DNA of 64,000 nt from Candidatus Latescibacterota bacterium (GTDB taxonomy: Bacteria; Latescibacterota; UBA2968; UBA8231), in NCBI GenBank assembly GCA_965248355.1, contig OZ252098.1:3360001-3424000 (forward strand), in the 5' to 3' direction. The notes beneath the pieces were generated by a model, which made no database searches, was not told the DNA's origin, and was given only the letters and a program-made list of their open reading frames with translations. Positions 1 to 9,011 of this stretch are shown in pieces (positions within the stretch are counted from its first letter, which is position 1; each line of letters opens with the position of its first letter). A program made the translations under genes and the position numbers.

Positions 1-81
1 CGCCGCAGCGCGCCCACCCGGCGCCCGGCGGTGCGGTCCTCGGGCCCGGTCGGCACAGCCCTGGATCCCGCGTCCCACGGA

Positions 82-1245
82 CTAGGGGGAGGCCCCCTGC
101 CGCCGCCGCTCGAGCAGGTAGTCGGCCACCAGACGAGCGGCCAGGTCATGCCCCTCCGGCGTCCAGTGGCTCTCCTCGTAGTAGAGCCGCCGGTGCCCGG
201 CCTGTTTCCGGAATCCCTCGGACAGGTCCAGCAGGGGGATGCCGGTCCGGGCCGCCTCGGCGGCCAGCCGGCGGCTGGGCCTGGCCAGGTCGAACTCGCC
301 GATGAGGCCGAAGAGGTCGCGCTTCATCCGCCAGTTCCCGTCCTCGATCTGCACGATGGACGGCACGTACACCAGGATCAGCTCGGCGCCCGCCCGGGAG
401 GCGCCGTCCCGGAAGGCCCGCAGGATCTCCCCGGTCAGCCGCCAGTAGCGGTCGATCGCCGGATCGGGACCTGTTCCGTAGAGGACTTCGTAGAAGCGCT
501 GCCGGGACCCGGCCGGGATCCCGGACCCGGACAGGGACTTGCGAACCAGGGCGTAGACGTGGAGGCGCTCCTTCAGGTGCTTGTCCAGCCTCCCGTGCCA
601 CGGCCAGGCCCGTGAGCCGTCCCAGAAGCGGCTCCTCCGCACGGGGACGCCGAGCAGGCGCAGCCGGCCCCTCGGATCGACCCGGAAGTGCGGCTTGTAC
701 CCGCGCTCGGAGCCGATGCCCTTGTCGCTGGCGTTGTTGATCAGGTCGTTGGCGTAGAAGAACAGCAGGACGTGATCGGGCCGGTACTCCTTGCCCCCCT
801 GCTCGAACAGCAGCAGCTCCTGATCGGTGCCGTACCCCGCCACGCCGAAGTTGATGCCCTCCACCAGGGTGCCGGCCATCTCCGACTGCAGCCGCGCCTC
901 CAGCCGGCTGCTCACCGCGTCCTCCGCCCGCACCCCCCATCCCTCGACGAAGGAGTCGCCGAAGAGGAGCAGCCTCCAACTGCCGGGCCGCCTGTCGACC
1001 GGGTAGCTCCGGTCCCGCAGCCCCTCGGCGTTGATGCGCATCTCCACCTCGAACTCCGGCCGCCGCATCCATCCCGAGGCGCCGGGGACGTGGTGCCAGC
1101 CCAGCCGGTCGTCGAACCGCCACACGGACGGCTGGCGGGAGACCTGCGGCTTCCACCAGCTCAGCAGCCCTTCGCACAGCAGCAGTCCGGCCGCCAGACC
1201 GGCGACCCCCAGCAGGATCTCCCTGCCCCTCACCCAGCGCCTCAC
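82..1245 (-). CDS. SGNH/GDSL-family hydrolase (AlgX/AlgJ-like), N-terminal membrane anchor
   Basis: Motifs LLFGDSFVEG, INFGVAGYGTDQE, FYANDL and C-terminal SHWTPEGH; hydrophobic N-terminus. Confidence 0.8.
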   Translation of the reverse strand: MRRWVRGREILLGVAGLAAGLLLCEGLLSWWKPQVSRQPSVWRFDDRLGWHHVPGASGWMRRPEFEVEMRINAEGLRDRSYPVDRRPGSWRLLLFGDSFVEGWGVRAEDAVSSRLEARLQSEMAGTLVEGINFGVAGYGTDQELLLFEQGGKEYRPDHVLLFFYANDLINNASDKGIGSERGYKPHFRVDPRGRLRLLGVPVRRSRFWDGSRAWPWHGRLDKHLKERLHVYALVRKSLSGSGIPAGSRQRFYEVLYGTGPDPAIDRYWRLTGEILRAFRDGASRAGAELILVYVPSIVQIEDGNWRMKRDLFGLIGEFDLARPSRRLAAEAARTGIPLLDLSEGFRKQAGHRRLYYEESHWTPEGHDLAARLVADYLLERRRQGASP

Positions 1246-1254
1246 CCCCCCTGC

Positions 1255-2379
1255 CTACTTCAGGGCGAAGACCACGGGATCCAGGCCCTCCACCTCCACC
1301 GTCAGGCTGTTGCGATTGGGAGGGACGTCGAACAGGAGCAGAAGCCAGGTCTTCTCACCGGCGCCGAGGCGCAGTTGCAGGGCGCCCGTGAACTCCGGAT
1401 TCAGCAGCGAGGACCCCTCCCCGGGGGCGCCCGGAAGCCCGAAGGCCTTCAGTTCCTCCGGCCGCTCCAGCGTCTTGCGGCCATTCAGGAGGAGCGCGCT
1501 CGACGTCGTGGCCAGCGTTCCCTCGAAGGTGAGATCCCGACTCCCGGCCGCCTGGTTCTCGAGCTGGACCGTCACCTCCTGGTAGGCCCCGGTCTCCGGC
1601 GCGGGCCCATCGGCCTCGCCGTAGGAGACGGCGGCGGCGTCCCCTCCCTGGAGGAAGGACCAGGCCGAGCCGGAGCCGGCCGGCGCGCGGCCGTCGTAGT
1701 GCACCCACGAGCGCGCTCCGGCGGCGGCGGCGCGGATCCCTGGAGACCCGCGCCGGCGCGCTTCCTCTGCGTACTTGCCGTCGGGGAAGCGCTCCAGGAA
1801 GGCCTGGTAGGCCTCCGGCGTGCCGGCCGAGCGCGCCTCCAGGAAAAGCAGCCGCTCGAGGACGGCCCGGGCCCGGTCCGCGACGGGTCCGTCGGGATTG
1901 CGCTCCAGGAAGGCCTCGTAGTCGGCCGGATCGCGGCTGCGCCCGAGCTCGGCCAGGAGGAAGGGGGCCATGCGCTCCTGCGCGTCGTCGACGAAGCGGC
2001 CTTCGGGGTAGGCCTTGAGGTAGTGCTCGTAGGCCCCCTGCGTGTTCTGCCGCTGGGCCTGGACCCAGTGCATCATCTCCACCGCCTTCCACGCCTCCTC
2101 GGTGTGCTGGCCGTCGGGGTGGAGCTCCAGGAACCCGGTGAAGGCTTCGAGGGTGTTCTCCTTCTGGGCCTGCTTGAAACGCAGGGTCTCCAGCGCCTTC
2201 CGGGCGTCGGCGGCGAACTCGCCCTCCGGGTAGCGCTCCAGGAACTGCTCGTAGCCCTCGGCGCTGCGCTTCATCCTGGCGTCCTGCCAGACCCTCTCCT
2301 CGGACTCGCCGCACGCCAGCAGCACCGCCGCCAGAAGCAGGGGCCACGGTCCCGGCCCGGGGATCTTCGACCTCGTCAT
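1255..2379 (-). CDS. Putative lipoprotein with five helical (Y/F)xx(F/Y)LxxxPxG repeats (TPR/BamD-like) and a beta-rich C-terminal domain
   Basis: Lipobox LLAC; repeats YEQFLERYPEG, FTGFLELHPDG, YEHYLKAYPEG, YEAFLERNPDG, YQAFLERFPDG; RBS AGGAG. Confidence 0.7.
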   Translation of the reverse strand: MTRSKIPGPGPWPLLLAAVLLACGESEERVWQDARMKRSAEGYEQFLERYPEGEFAADARKALETLRFKQAQKENTLEAFTGFLELHPDGQHTEEAWKAVEMMHWVQAQRQNTQGAYEHYLKAYPEGRFVDDAQERMAPFLLAELGRSRDPADYEAFLERNPDGPVADRARAVLERLLFLEARSAGTPEAYQAFLERFPDGKYAEEARRRGSPGIRAAAAGARSWVHYDGRAPAGSGSAWSFLQGGDAAAVSYGEADGPAPETGAYQEVTVQLENQAAGSRDLTFEGTLATTSSALLLNGRKTLERPEELKAFGLPGAPGEGSSLLNPEFTGALQLRLGAGEKTWLLLLFDVPPNRNSLTVEVEGLDPVVFALK

Positions 2380-2470
2380 GTTGCGCTCCTCGCCTTCGCT
2401 TCGGTTCCTGGTGTGCGGATTTTCGGACGGCCGCGGGCAAAGGATAGGCCGGCGCGGCTCGATGGACGAA

Positions 2471-3043
2471 CTACCCGGCCATGGCCCGCGGCCACAGCCA
2501 GGCGAAGGTCCCGGCGGTCACCAGGGCGTACAGCAGGGCGTCGAAGAGCTGCTTGACCTGCTGGGACCACGGCAGGCCGAACCACACCGACTCCAGGACG
2601 CGCCCCCAACCGTACAACAGCCAGGCCACGGCCCCGGCCAGTCGGAAGACCTCCATGCACTCCGCTCCGGGGGCCAGGGCGCGGCCGGTCACGTAGGCCA
2701 CGGCGGCCCCGGCGATCAGGAAGTACACGAAGGTCGTCACCATCCTGCCGGCCATGGCCGGGTCTCCGTTGGGCAGCACGGTCATGAAGGCCACCGGGCC
2801 CTCGGCGAACTTCCTCTGGTTCTCCGGCTCCTTCATCGCCTCCCGCGAGGCGATGTTGGGGATGTTGTAGAGTCCGGGCGCCAGGTTCTGCGGCTGCAGC
2901 GCCCCGCGGGCGGCCTCCTCGTCGGGCAGGCCGCGGTAGTCGGACTTGTGGTGGGGCAGCGCCATCCAGACGACGGCGCTGACGATCCAGACCAGGGCTC
3001 CCGACAACAGGATGGGGAGCCAGAGATCGGGCAGGGTTGTCAC
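2471..3043 (-). CDS. Conserved hypothetical integral membrane protein
   Basis: GTG start with GGAGG RBS; LWLPILLSGALVWIVSAVVWMALPHHKSDY; about 4 TM segments. Confidence 0.7.
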   Translation of the reverse strand: MTTLPDLWLPILLSGALVWIVSAVVWMALPHHKSDYRGLPDEEAARGALQPQNLAPGLYNIPNIASREAMKEPENQRKFAEGPVAFMTVLPNGDPAMAGRMVTTFVYFLIAGAAVAYVTGRALAPGAECMEVFRLAGAVAWLLYGWGRVLESVWFGLPWSQQVKQLFDALLYALVTAGTFAWLWPRAMAG

Positions 3044-3047
3044 GGGA

Positions 3048-3980
3048 TCATCCTCCCTTGGCGAGTACGGGTGAAGACACGTCTTTGCATTCCTCCGCGA
3101 GCGGGCCATCCAGCGGCGGCAGTCCGAGGGCGCGCACCGCCCAGGGCAGGGCCGTGCGCAACTGCTTGCGCTGCACCTCGCGCACCCGCGGCGCCGTGGG
3201 GATCTTCGGCAGCCCGGCCCTCTGGGCGAAGTAGCCGCTGATCACCGCGGCCAGGGGGCCCGCGCCGGGCAGGGTCTCCTCCGGCGCCGGACCGCCCTCG
3301 GCATGCAGGCTCGGCGCCCAACCGGCGATGTCCAGGTCCGGGTGGGCGACGACGGCGTGGTTCCAGTCCACCAGCACCGCCCGGCCGTCCCGGAAGCAGA
3401 GGTTGTCGCTGCGCACGTCCAGATGGGCCGGGAACGACCCATCGAGGGCCGCGCCTTCCGAGGCCTCGGCCAGCGCCGGGGCGTTGTCGCGGAGCCATCG
3501 CTCGGTGGCCAGCCCCAGGGACAGGAACGGCGCCGCTTCCTCGGCCACCCGCTGCCAGCCGCCCGTCAGCTCCCGCTCGATCTCGGCCACCGGAGGCAGG
3601 GCGCCAGCGGGATCGACGGCCCGCAGCGCCGCGAGAGCGTCGAGCACCTGGTCGACCCTGCGGTCGTCCCAGGGAGGCGGCCAGAAGCAGCCGCTCAGGT
3701 CTTCCAGGAGCAGCAGCGGCCGCTCGCCGTCGTCCCACCCCCGCAGCCGGGGCATGAAGTCGCCGGCGATGGCGGCGTAGGCCCGGTGCTCGTCGCGCAG
3801 CCACCCCGCCGTCGTCGGATCGACGCCGATCTTGGCGAAGGCCCTGTCGCCGCCCTCCAGCTCCACCACCCAGCGCTCGGCCGGGGTATAGCCCCCGGCG
3901 GCGCGGCGGAAGCCGGTGGGACGCCGGCCGGTGAGGTCGCCCATGCGGGCGATGTCCTCGCTCCGGGGTCCCTCCTTCAA
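3048..3980 (-). CDS. Aminoglycoside phosphotransferase / choline kinase-like protein
   Basis: AFAK, LLLLEDL, Brenner motif HLDVRSDN and LVDW; TTG start overlaps the upstream TGA (TTGA); start uncertain. Confidence 0.75.
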   Translation of the reverse strand: MKEGPRSEDIARMGDLTGRRPTGFRRAAGGYTPAERWVVELEGGDRAFAKIGVDPTTAGWLRDEHRAYAAIAGDFMPRLRGWDDGERPLLLLEDLSGCFWPPPWDDRRVDQVLDALAALRAVDPAGALPPVAEIERELTGGWQRVAEEAAPFLSLGLATERWLRDNAPALAEASEGAALDGSFPAHLDVRSDNLCFRDGRAVLVDWNHAVVAHPDLDIAGWAPSLHAEGGPAPEETLPGAGPLAAVISGYFAQRAGLPKIPTAPRVREVQRKQLRTALPWAVRALGLPPLDGPLAEECKDVSSPVLAKGG

Positions 3981-4984
3981 GGGTTCCACACCCGCTCGAA
4001 GAGAGACAGCCAGTTGCCCCCCAGCAGCTTGGTGATCTCCCCGGCGCCGTAGCCCCGGTCGGCCAGCGCGTCGGCCAGATTGGGAAACTCCGCCGGGCTG
4101 TCGATCCCCCTGGGCTGGAAGCTGAGCTCGGTGTACGGCATGGACCCGTCCACGAAGGTGGAGGGGAACTTGGTGCCCTGCTGCGATCCGATGTACCGCC
4201 AGAACTCCGAGGGCTGGTCGTGGGTGGAATCGGTGCCGATGGCCACGTGGTCGATGCCGATGCGCTGCACCATGTCGTCGATGGCGTCGACGAAGTCCTC
4301 CACCGTCGAGTCGAACCCCTTGGGAAGGAAGGGGGCAAAGGAGGTGGCGCCCACGACGCCCCCCTTCTCGGCGACGGCCACGAGGGCCTCTTCCTCCTTG
4401 TTGCGCGGGTGGCCGCAAAGACTGCGGGCGTTGGCGTGGGTGATGGCCACCGGCTGCTCGGAGGTCTCGATCGCCTCCAGCGTCGTCCTCGGGCCCACGT
4501 GGGACAGGTCGATGAGGATGCCCAGGCGGTTCATCTCGCGCACCGCGTCGACGCCGAAGTTGCTCAGACCGGCGTCGTTGCGCTCCCAGCAGCCGCTGCC
4601 GAGCAGGTTGGTCTCGTGGTAGGTCAACTGGATGACCCGCACGCCGAGGGCCAGGAACAGCCCCAGGCGGTCGAGCTCGTTCTCTATGGGCGAGGCGTTC
4701 TGAAAGCCGAGGATGATCCCGGTCCGGCCGAGCTTCTTGGCGGCGAGAATGTCGGCCGTCTCCTTCACCTGCAGGATGTCGTCCCGCTCCCGGAAGCGCC
4801 GCATCCACGCCGACAGGTGGGCCATGGTCTGCACGAAGTTCTCCCACGTGGCCACCGTGGCGTTGATGGCGGTGACGTCACCGGCCCGCAGCCGCTCGAA
4901 GACGGCGTCGCTCTCCCAGTTGCTGACGTTCAGACCGTCGATCACCACCGCCTCGTCGTAGATCCGCCGCGCTTCACTCGACAT
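3977..4984 (-). CDS. Membrane dipeptidase family M19 protein (IDGL subtype)
   Basis: GIILGFQN, IQLTYH, IDLSHVG, ITHAN, HPRNK, DHVAIGTD, KLLGGNW; TGATG coupling to upstream gene. Confidence 0.9.
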   Translation of the reverse strand: MSSEARRIYDEAVVIDGLNVSNWESDAVFERLRAGDVTAINATVATWENFVQTMAHLSAWMRRFRERDDILQVKETADILAAKKLGRTGIILGFQNASPIENELDRLGLFLALGVRVIQLTYHETNLLGSGCWERNDAGLSNFGVDAVREMNRLGILIDLSHVGPRTTLEAIETSEQPVAITHANARSLCGHPRNKEEEALVAVAEKGGVVGATSFAPFLPKGFDSTVEDFVDAIDDMVQRIGIDHVAIGTDSTHDQPSEFWRYIGSQQGTKFPSTFVDGSMPYTELSFQPRGIDSPAEFPNLADALADRGYGAGEITKLLGGNWLSLFERVWNP

Positions 4985-6126
4985 CACACCGCTCCCTTCT
5001 CGAAACGTCTTCCGATCCTGAACAGGTCCCCGAGGTGGTTCTCCCGGTCCTCGAGGGCGTCGGCGATCACCGGGCCTATGGAGCCGCCGAACTTGAAGCC
5101 GTGGCCGCAGCCGCAGCCGGCGATCAGCACCCGCTGGCACCCCGGGGCCCAGTCGATGACGAAATCCTCGTCCTCCATTTCGGCCATGTTGGTGTAGAGG
5201 CAGGAGCGGCCGCCGACGAGGTCGGCGCCGTCGAGGGCCGGGATGCGCTCGGCCACGAACTCCCGCGCCCACGCGAGAAAGGCCGGTGTCGGCTCGCGGG
5301 GGACATCGACCGCGGCGTCCTCCACCTTGCTGTCCTCGGCCACCTTCACGAACCCCTCGTGCAGCCAGGGGAACCCGTACCAGAGGTTGCCGGGCGACAG
5401 GATCGACCACACGGGGAAACGGCCGCGCTCGAATGGGGCCGGATCCTTGGGGAGGAAAAAGGCCATCTGCTGCCGCGTGATGCGCACCCGGGGCTTCATC
5501 ACCGGCAGCAGCTCCGCCACCCAGGGGCCGGCGGCCACGATCACGCGGTCCCAGTCCCGGGACTGCGAGGCCCACCTCACCCGGGCGCCGGAACCGGTCT
5601 CCTCGACGGCGGCCACCAAGGTGTTCTCCCGGACCTCCACACCTGCGTCCCGGGCGAGGCCGGCGAGGTCGGTCAGCGCCTGGCCGCTGCGCAGGTACCC
5701 GGCCCAGGGGTCGTGGAACAGGCGATCCTCGCCGCTCACGGCGAACTGCGGAAACCGTTCCTCCACCTCCCCGGCCGTCAGCTCGGTCACATCCTTGCCC
5801 AACCGGCTCAGCGTCTCCCAGCCGGCCAGGGCCTCGTGCTCCGGCCCGAAGCCGCGCACGGCGATCAGCTTGCCGGTCTGGAAGTAGATGGACCGGCTGG
5901 TGCGCTCGTGCCACTCCCGCCACTGCGCCGCCGCCCGCGTCACCAGCTCGACGTAGATCTCGTTCGGGTAGTTGGTGCGCCGGATCGCCTTGGAGACGTC
6001 GGTGCTCGACGCCTCCGGGTTGGGGATCCCGCCGCGCTCCACGAGGGTCACCTCGTGACCGCGCCGCCGCAACTCCAGCGCCGCCGCCAGGCCGAAGATC
6101 CCGGCGCCGACGATGCAGACGTTCAT
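4984..6126 (-). CDS. FAD-dependent oxidoreductase, monomeric sarcosine oxidase / fructosyl-amino-acid oxidase-like
   Basis: GAGIFG Rossmann motif, ASSTDVSKAIR, VAAGPW, SCLYT (flavinylation-type Cys), GHGFKFG. Confidence 0.85.
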   Translation of the reverse strand: MNVCIVGAGIFGLAAALELRRRGHEVTLVERGGIPNPEASSTDVSKAIRRTNYPNEIYVELVTRAAAQWREWHERTSRSIYFQTGKLIAVRGFGPEHEALAGWETLSRLGKDVTELTAGEVEERFPQFAVSGEDRLFHDPWAGYLRSGQALTDLAGLARDAGVEVRENTLVAAVEETGSGARVRWASQSRDWDRVIVAAGPWVAELLPVMKPRVRITRQQMAFFLPKDPAPFERGRFPVWSILSPGNLWYGFPWLHEGFVKVAEDSKVEDAAVDVPREPTPAFLAWAREFVAERIPALDGADLVGGRSCLYTNMAEMEDEDFVIDWAPGCQRVLIAGCGCGHGFKFGGSIGPVIADALEDRENHLGDLFRIGRRFEKGAV

Positions 6127-6139
6127 GATGGCAGGCCTT

Positions 6140-7414
6140 TCACCGCGGTTTCAGACATCCGTAGAACACGTCGTTGCTGTTGCCGTCCAGGGGACCGGTC
6201 CAACAGGCGTCGATGACTTCGGCGCGGGTGGCGCCGGCGCGGGTCGAGCTGAGGAACAGGTGCCAAAGGGGCCCCACGCCCTCGAGTTTCACCGGCTCGC
6301 TGACGCGGCCCCAGTCGCCGGGATCCCCGGCGGCGTACCACACCGACTCGGCCGCCGAGCGACGGCCCCGGGTAAGCAGGTAGTGGATGCGTCCGTCCGG
6401 GGTCTGGTAGAGGCGGCCGCTGTTGAAGACCCCCAGGCACCAGGCCCGGAAGGGGCCGCCCGGCGGTCCCACGGCGTGGTAGAGGCGCGCGCGGCCCGGA
6501 TCCTGATCCGTGGCCGCCCACACGCTGCGGGCCGGCTGGCGGTTCTCGTAATAGATCAGATGGATCAGCCCCTCGTCGTCGGCGAACAGGTCCTGGTGGT
6601 CGGTGGTGCCGCGCACTCCCGAGTCCTCGTCGAAGGTGTCGCTCACGTCGCTGACCAGCGTGCACCGCCAGTCTCCGGGGGAGCCCGGCAGGTCGGGGTT
6701 GTAGTAGTACCAGGCCTTCAGGACCGGGTAGATGCCCCGGGGTGTCCGCTGCGTGCGGGTGCCGCCCGTGGCCGGATCGGGCAGGGTGATCCGCTGGCTG
6801 GGAAAACGGTCACCGGCGAGAAAGTAGTCGTCGGAGCACAAGGTGTGGGCGGCGCCGTCCTGAAAGAGGACGAACTGGTAACCGCGATCGGTGGGATGCC
6901 GGATCTCTCCCTCGGCGGCCGGGGCGAAGTCCGCGGAGCCGTCGAGGACGTACCAGGCCAGGCGCGGCAGCCCTCCGGAGACCAGCAGGCGGTCGCGGCC
7001 GTCCATGGCGGCGCCGAAGCGGGAATCGGCGCTGACGCGCCGGCGCAACTCCCAGCGATCGAGACGGCCGGGCTCGTCGAAGCGCACGTGCCAGCTGGCG
7101 CACTCGCCGCCGATGACGTGCAGCCGCCGCGACGAGTCGACCAGGAGGTTTCCGCTCTGGGGGACCGGGGGCAGCACGGGGCCCTCCTCCCAGGTCCCGC
7201 CCGGCAACCGCCGGAAGACGCACAGGGTAAGGTCGTCGCGCCAGCTGAGAGCGTGGAGATCGTCGCCGCAGCGGACCAGGTTGGACTGGTTGTAGCCCCA
7301 GCCGCTGGCGCCGCTGCCGCCCGAGAGCCGGTGCCCGGCGGTGTCCGTTATGGCCTCGACGCGCCAGTCGAAGCGCGCCTGGGCGCCGAGACGAACCTCC
7401 GGCCGCTCATCCAT
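6140..7414 (-). CDS. Hypothetical protein, beta-rich (possible beta-propeller)
   Basis: 424 aa ORF co-oriented with the operon; recurring DxxGRxHhh-type strands (DSSRRLHVI, DDEGLIHLIY, TPDGRIHYL). Confidence 0.6.
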   Translation of the reverse strand: MDERPEVRLGAQARFDWRVEAITDTAGHRLSGGSGASGWGYNQSNLVRCGDDLHALSWRDDLTLCVFRRLPGGTWEEGPVLPPVPQSGNLLVDSSRRLHVIGGECASWHVRFDEPGRLDRWELRRRVSADSRFGAAMDGRDRLLVSGGLPRLAWYVLDGSADFAPAAEGEIRHPTDRGYQFVLFQDGAAHTLCSDDYFLAGDRFPSQRITLPDPATGGTRTQRTPRGIYPVLKAWYYYNPDLPGSPGDWRCTLVSDVSDTFDEDSGVRGTTDHQDLFADDEGLIHLIYYENRQPARSVWAATDQDPGRARLYHAVGPPGGPFRAWCLGVFNSGRLYQTPDGRIHYLLTRGRRSAAESVWYAAGDPGDWGRVSEPVKLEGVGPLWHLFLSSTRAGATRAEVIDACWTGPLDGNSNDVFYGCLKPR

Positions 7415-7439
7415 GGGGGTTCACGAGGGCAATGGCCTA

Positions 7440-8610
7440 GTGTCCCGTCCGAGAATTAAGAAGAATCAACAAGGGCTGTCCGATGTCGCCGCCACCGTCT
7501 CCCGAGCGCGCTGGATCTTGCGCAGGATGGTCTCGCCGTCGGCCTTCCAGCGGTAGGGTTTGGGGGCCAAGTTCCGCTGCGCCAAGTAGGCTTCGATGTC
7601 GCGCACCAACTCCCCGACGCTGGCAAAGCTGCCGTCCCGAATCACATCCTGCGTCAGCTCGCCGAAGAACCGTTCGACCAAGTTCATCCAGGAGGAACTG
7701 GTGGGGGTGAAATGGACATGGAAGCGCCGATGCCGAGACAACCAATGCTGCACGCTCTCCTCCTTGTGGGGGCCGGCGTTGTCCACGATCAGGTGCAGCG
7801 ACAGGTTCTTGGGCGTCTCGCGGTCGATCTGCTTGAGAAAGCGGAGCCATTCGACGTGGGTATGACGCGCCTCCAGACGCGCGATGAGCTTGCCGTCGAG
7901 GTAGTTGAGCGCGGCGAACAAGGTGATCGTACCGTGGCGCTTGTAATCGTGGGTCCGGGTGCGGATGTCGCCGATCCCCAGCGGCAAGCCCGGCTGGGTC
8001 CGTTCCAGCGCCTGGCACTGGCTCTTCTCGTCACAGCACAGCACCAGCGCGCGCTCGGGGGGATCCAGGTAGAGCCCGATCACGTCCCAGAATTTTTCCT
8101 CGAAGTGCGGGTCCGTGGAGACCTTGAAGGTCTTGGTCAAATGGGGCTTGATGTCGTTGGCCTTCCAGATCCGGTGCACGCTGTCCGGCGACATCCCCGC
8201 CGCCTGGGCCATCGAGCGCACGCTCCAGCGCGTGCGCGGCTTCGGCGGCTGCGTGACCGCGGTGAGGACCTGCTCGACCTTGTCCGCCGGCAAGCTCGCC
8301 GGCCGGCCCCGGCCCTTGGCGTCGTTCAGTCCCGCCAAACCCTCGCGATCAAAGCGTTGCGACCACTTGTTCACACACGCCACACTGGCGCCCAACTCGG
8401 CGGCCACCTGCACCTGCTTGATCCCTTCGGCCCGGCGCAGGACGATGGCCGCGCGCAGGCTGTCGCGCTGGGACGCGGAGGGGGCCCTGACGCGACGCTC
8501 CAACTCCTGTCGCTCGGACGCGGTCAACTCAAGGCGGGACACCGGGCGGGCCATGGCCTGAAGATAAGGCCTTGACTCTGTTTTTACAACTCATTTGTCG
8601 GACGCGACAC
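7440..8610 (-). mobile_element. IS630-family insertion sequence (about 1.17 kb)
   Basis: Imperfect TIRs GTGTCCCGTCCGAGAATTAAG and GTGTCGCGTCCGACAAATGAG (reverse complement of right end); TA duplication at 7438-7439 and 8611-8612 in a CTAG target. Confidence 0.93.
7466..8554 (-). CDS. IS630-family transposase
   Basis: N-terminal HTH; DDE motifs LCCDEKSQ, LIVDNAGPH, WMNLVERFF; uninterrupted 362 aa. Confidence 0.95.
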   Translation of the reverse strand: MARPVSRLELTASERQELERRVRAPSASQRDSLRAAIVLRRAEGIKQVQVAAELGASVACVNKWSQRFDREGLAGLNDAKGRGRPASLPADKVEQVLTAVTQPPKPRTRWSVRSMAQAAGMSPDSVHRIWKANDIKPHLTKTFKVSTDPHFEEKFWDVIGLYLDPPERALVLCCDEKSQCQALERTQPGLPLGIGDIRTRTHDYKRHGTITLFAALNYLDGKLIARLEARHTHVEWLRFLKQIDRETPKNLSLHLIVDNAGPHKEESVQHWLSRHRRFHVHFTPTSSSWMNLVERFFGELTQDVIRDGSFASVGELVRDIEAYLAQRNLAPKPYRWKADGETILRKIQRARETVAATSDSPC

Positions 8611-9011
8611 TAGTAGTCCCCCCGCTCCATGAGAGTCGTGATCCTCTGCGACCCCCCAGTTCTGAGAGTGCCGAGGAATTCGCGTAACGGGATGAGATCT
8701 TCAGACAGGGAGAAATGCATGTCCAGCTCGGCGCTCCGGAAGGCCCTGGCGAAATTACGCACCTTCAATGCGAAGACACGGTCGAAGAGTTTGTCCCGCA
8801 ACAACAGGTCAGCACGCCGCGCGGACAGCACATACCAATCGGCATTCAGAATGCGCGCCAGCGTTTGCTCGTAGACTTCATCACCCTTGTCGACCATGTA
8901 ATTGATGGCCGCGTCCTCAAAGTCTCTACAAGGGCAATCGTCTCGACGAGTGGTGAGCTCAACTGCTCACCGACCGCGGCACCAGTCAGATGAGGTACGC
9001 CTACAATGGAG

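Noticed and set aside
3048..5923. 599-aa and 648-aa ORFs suggesting kinase or dipeptidase fusions
   Set aside because: The N-terminal extensions overlap the upstream genes out of frame; likely starts are 3980 and 4984
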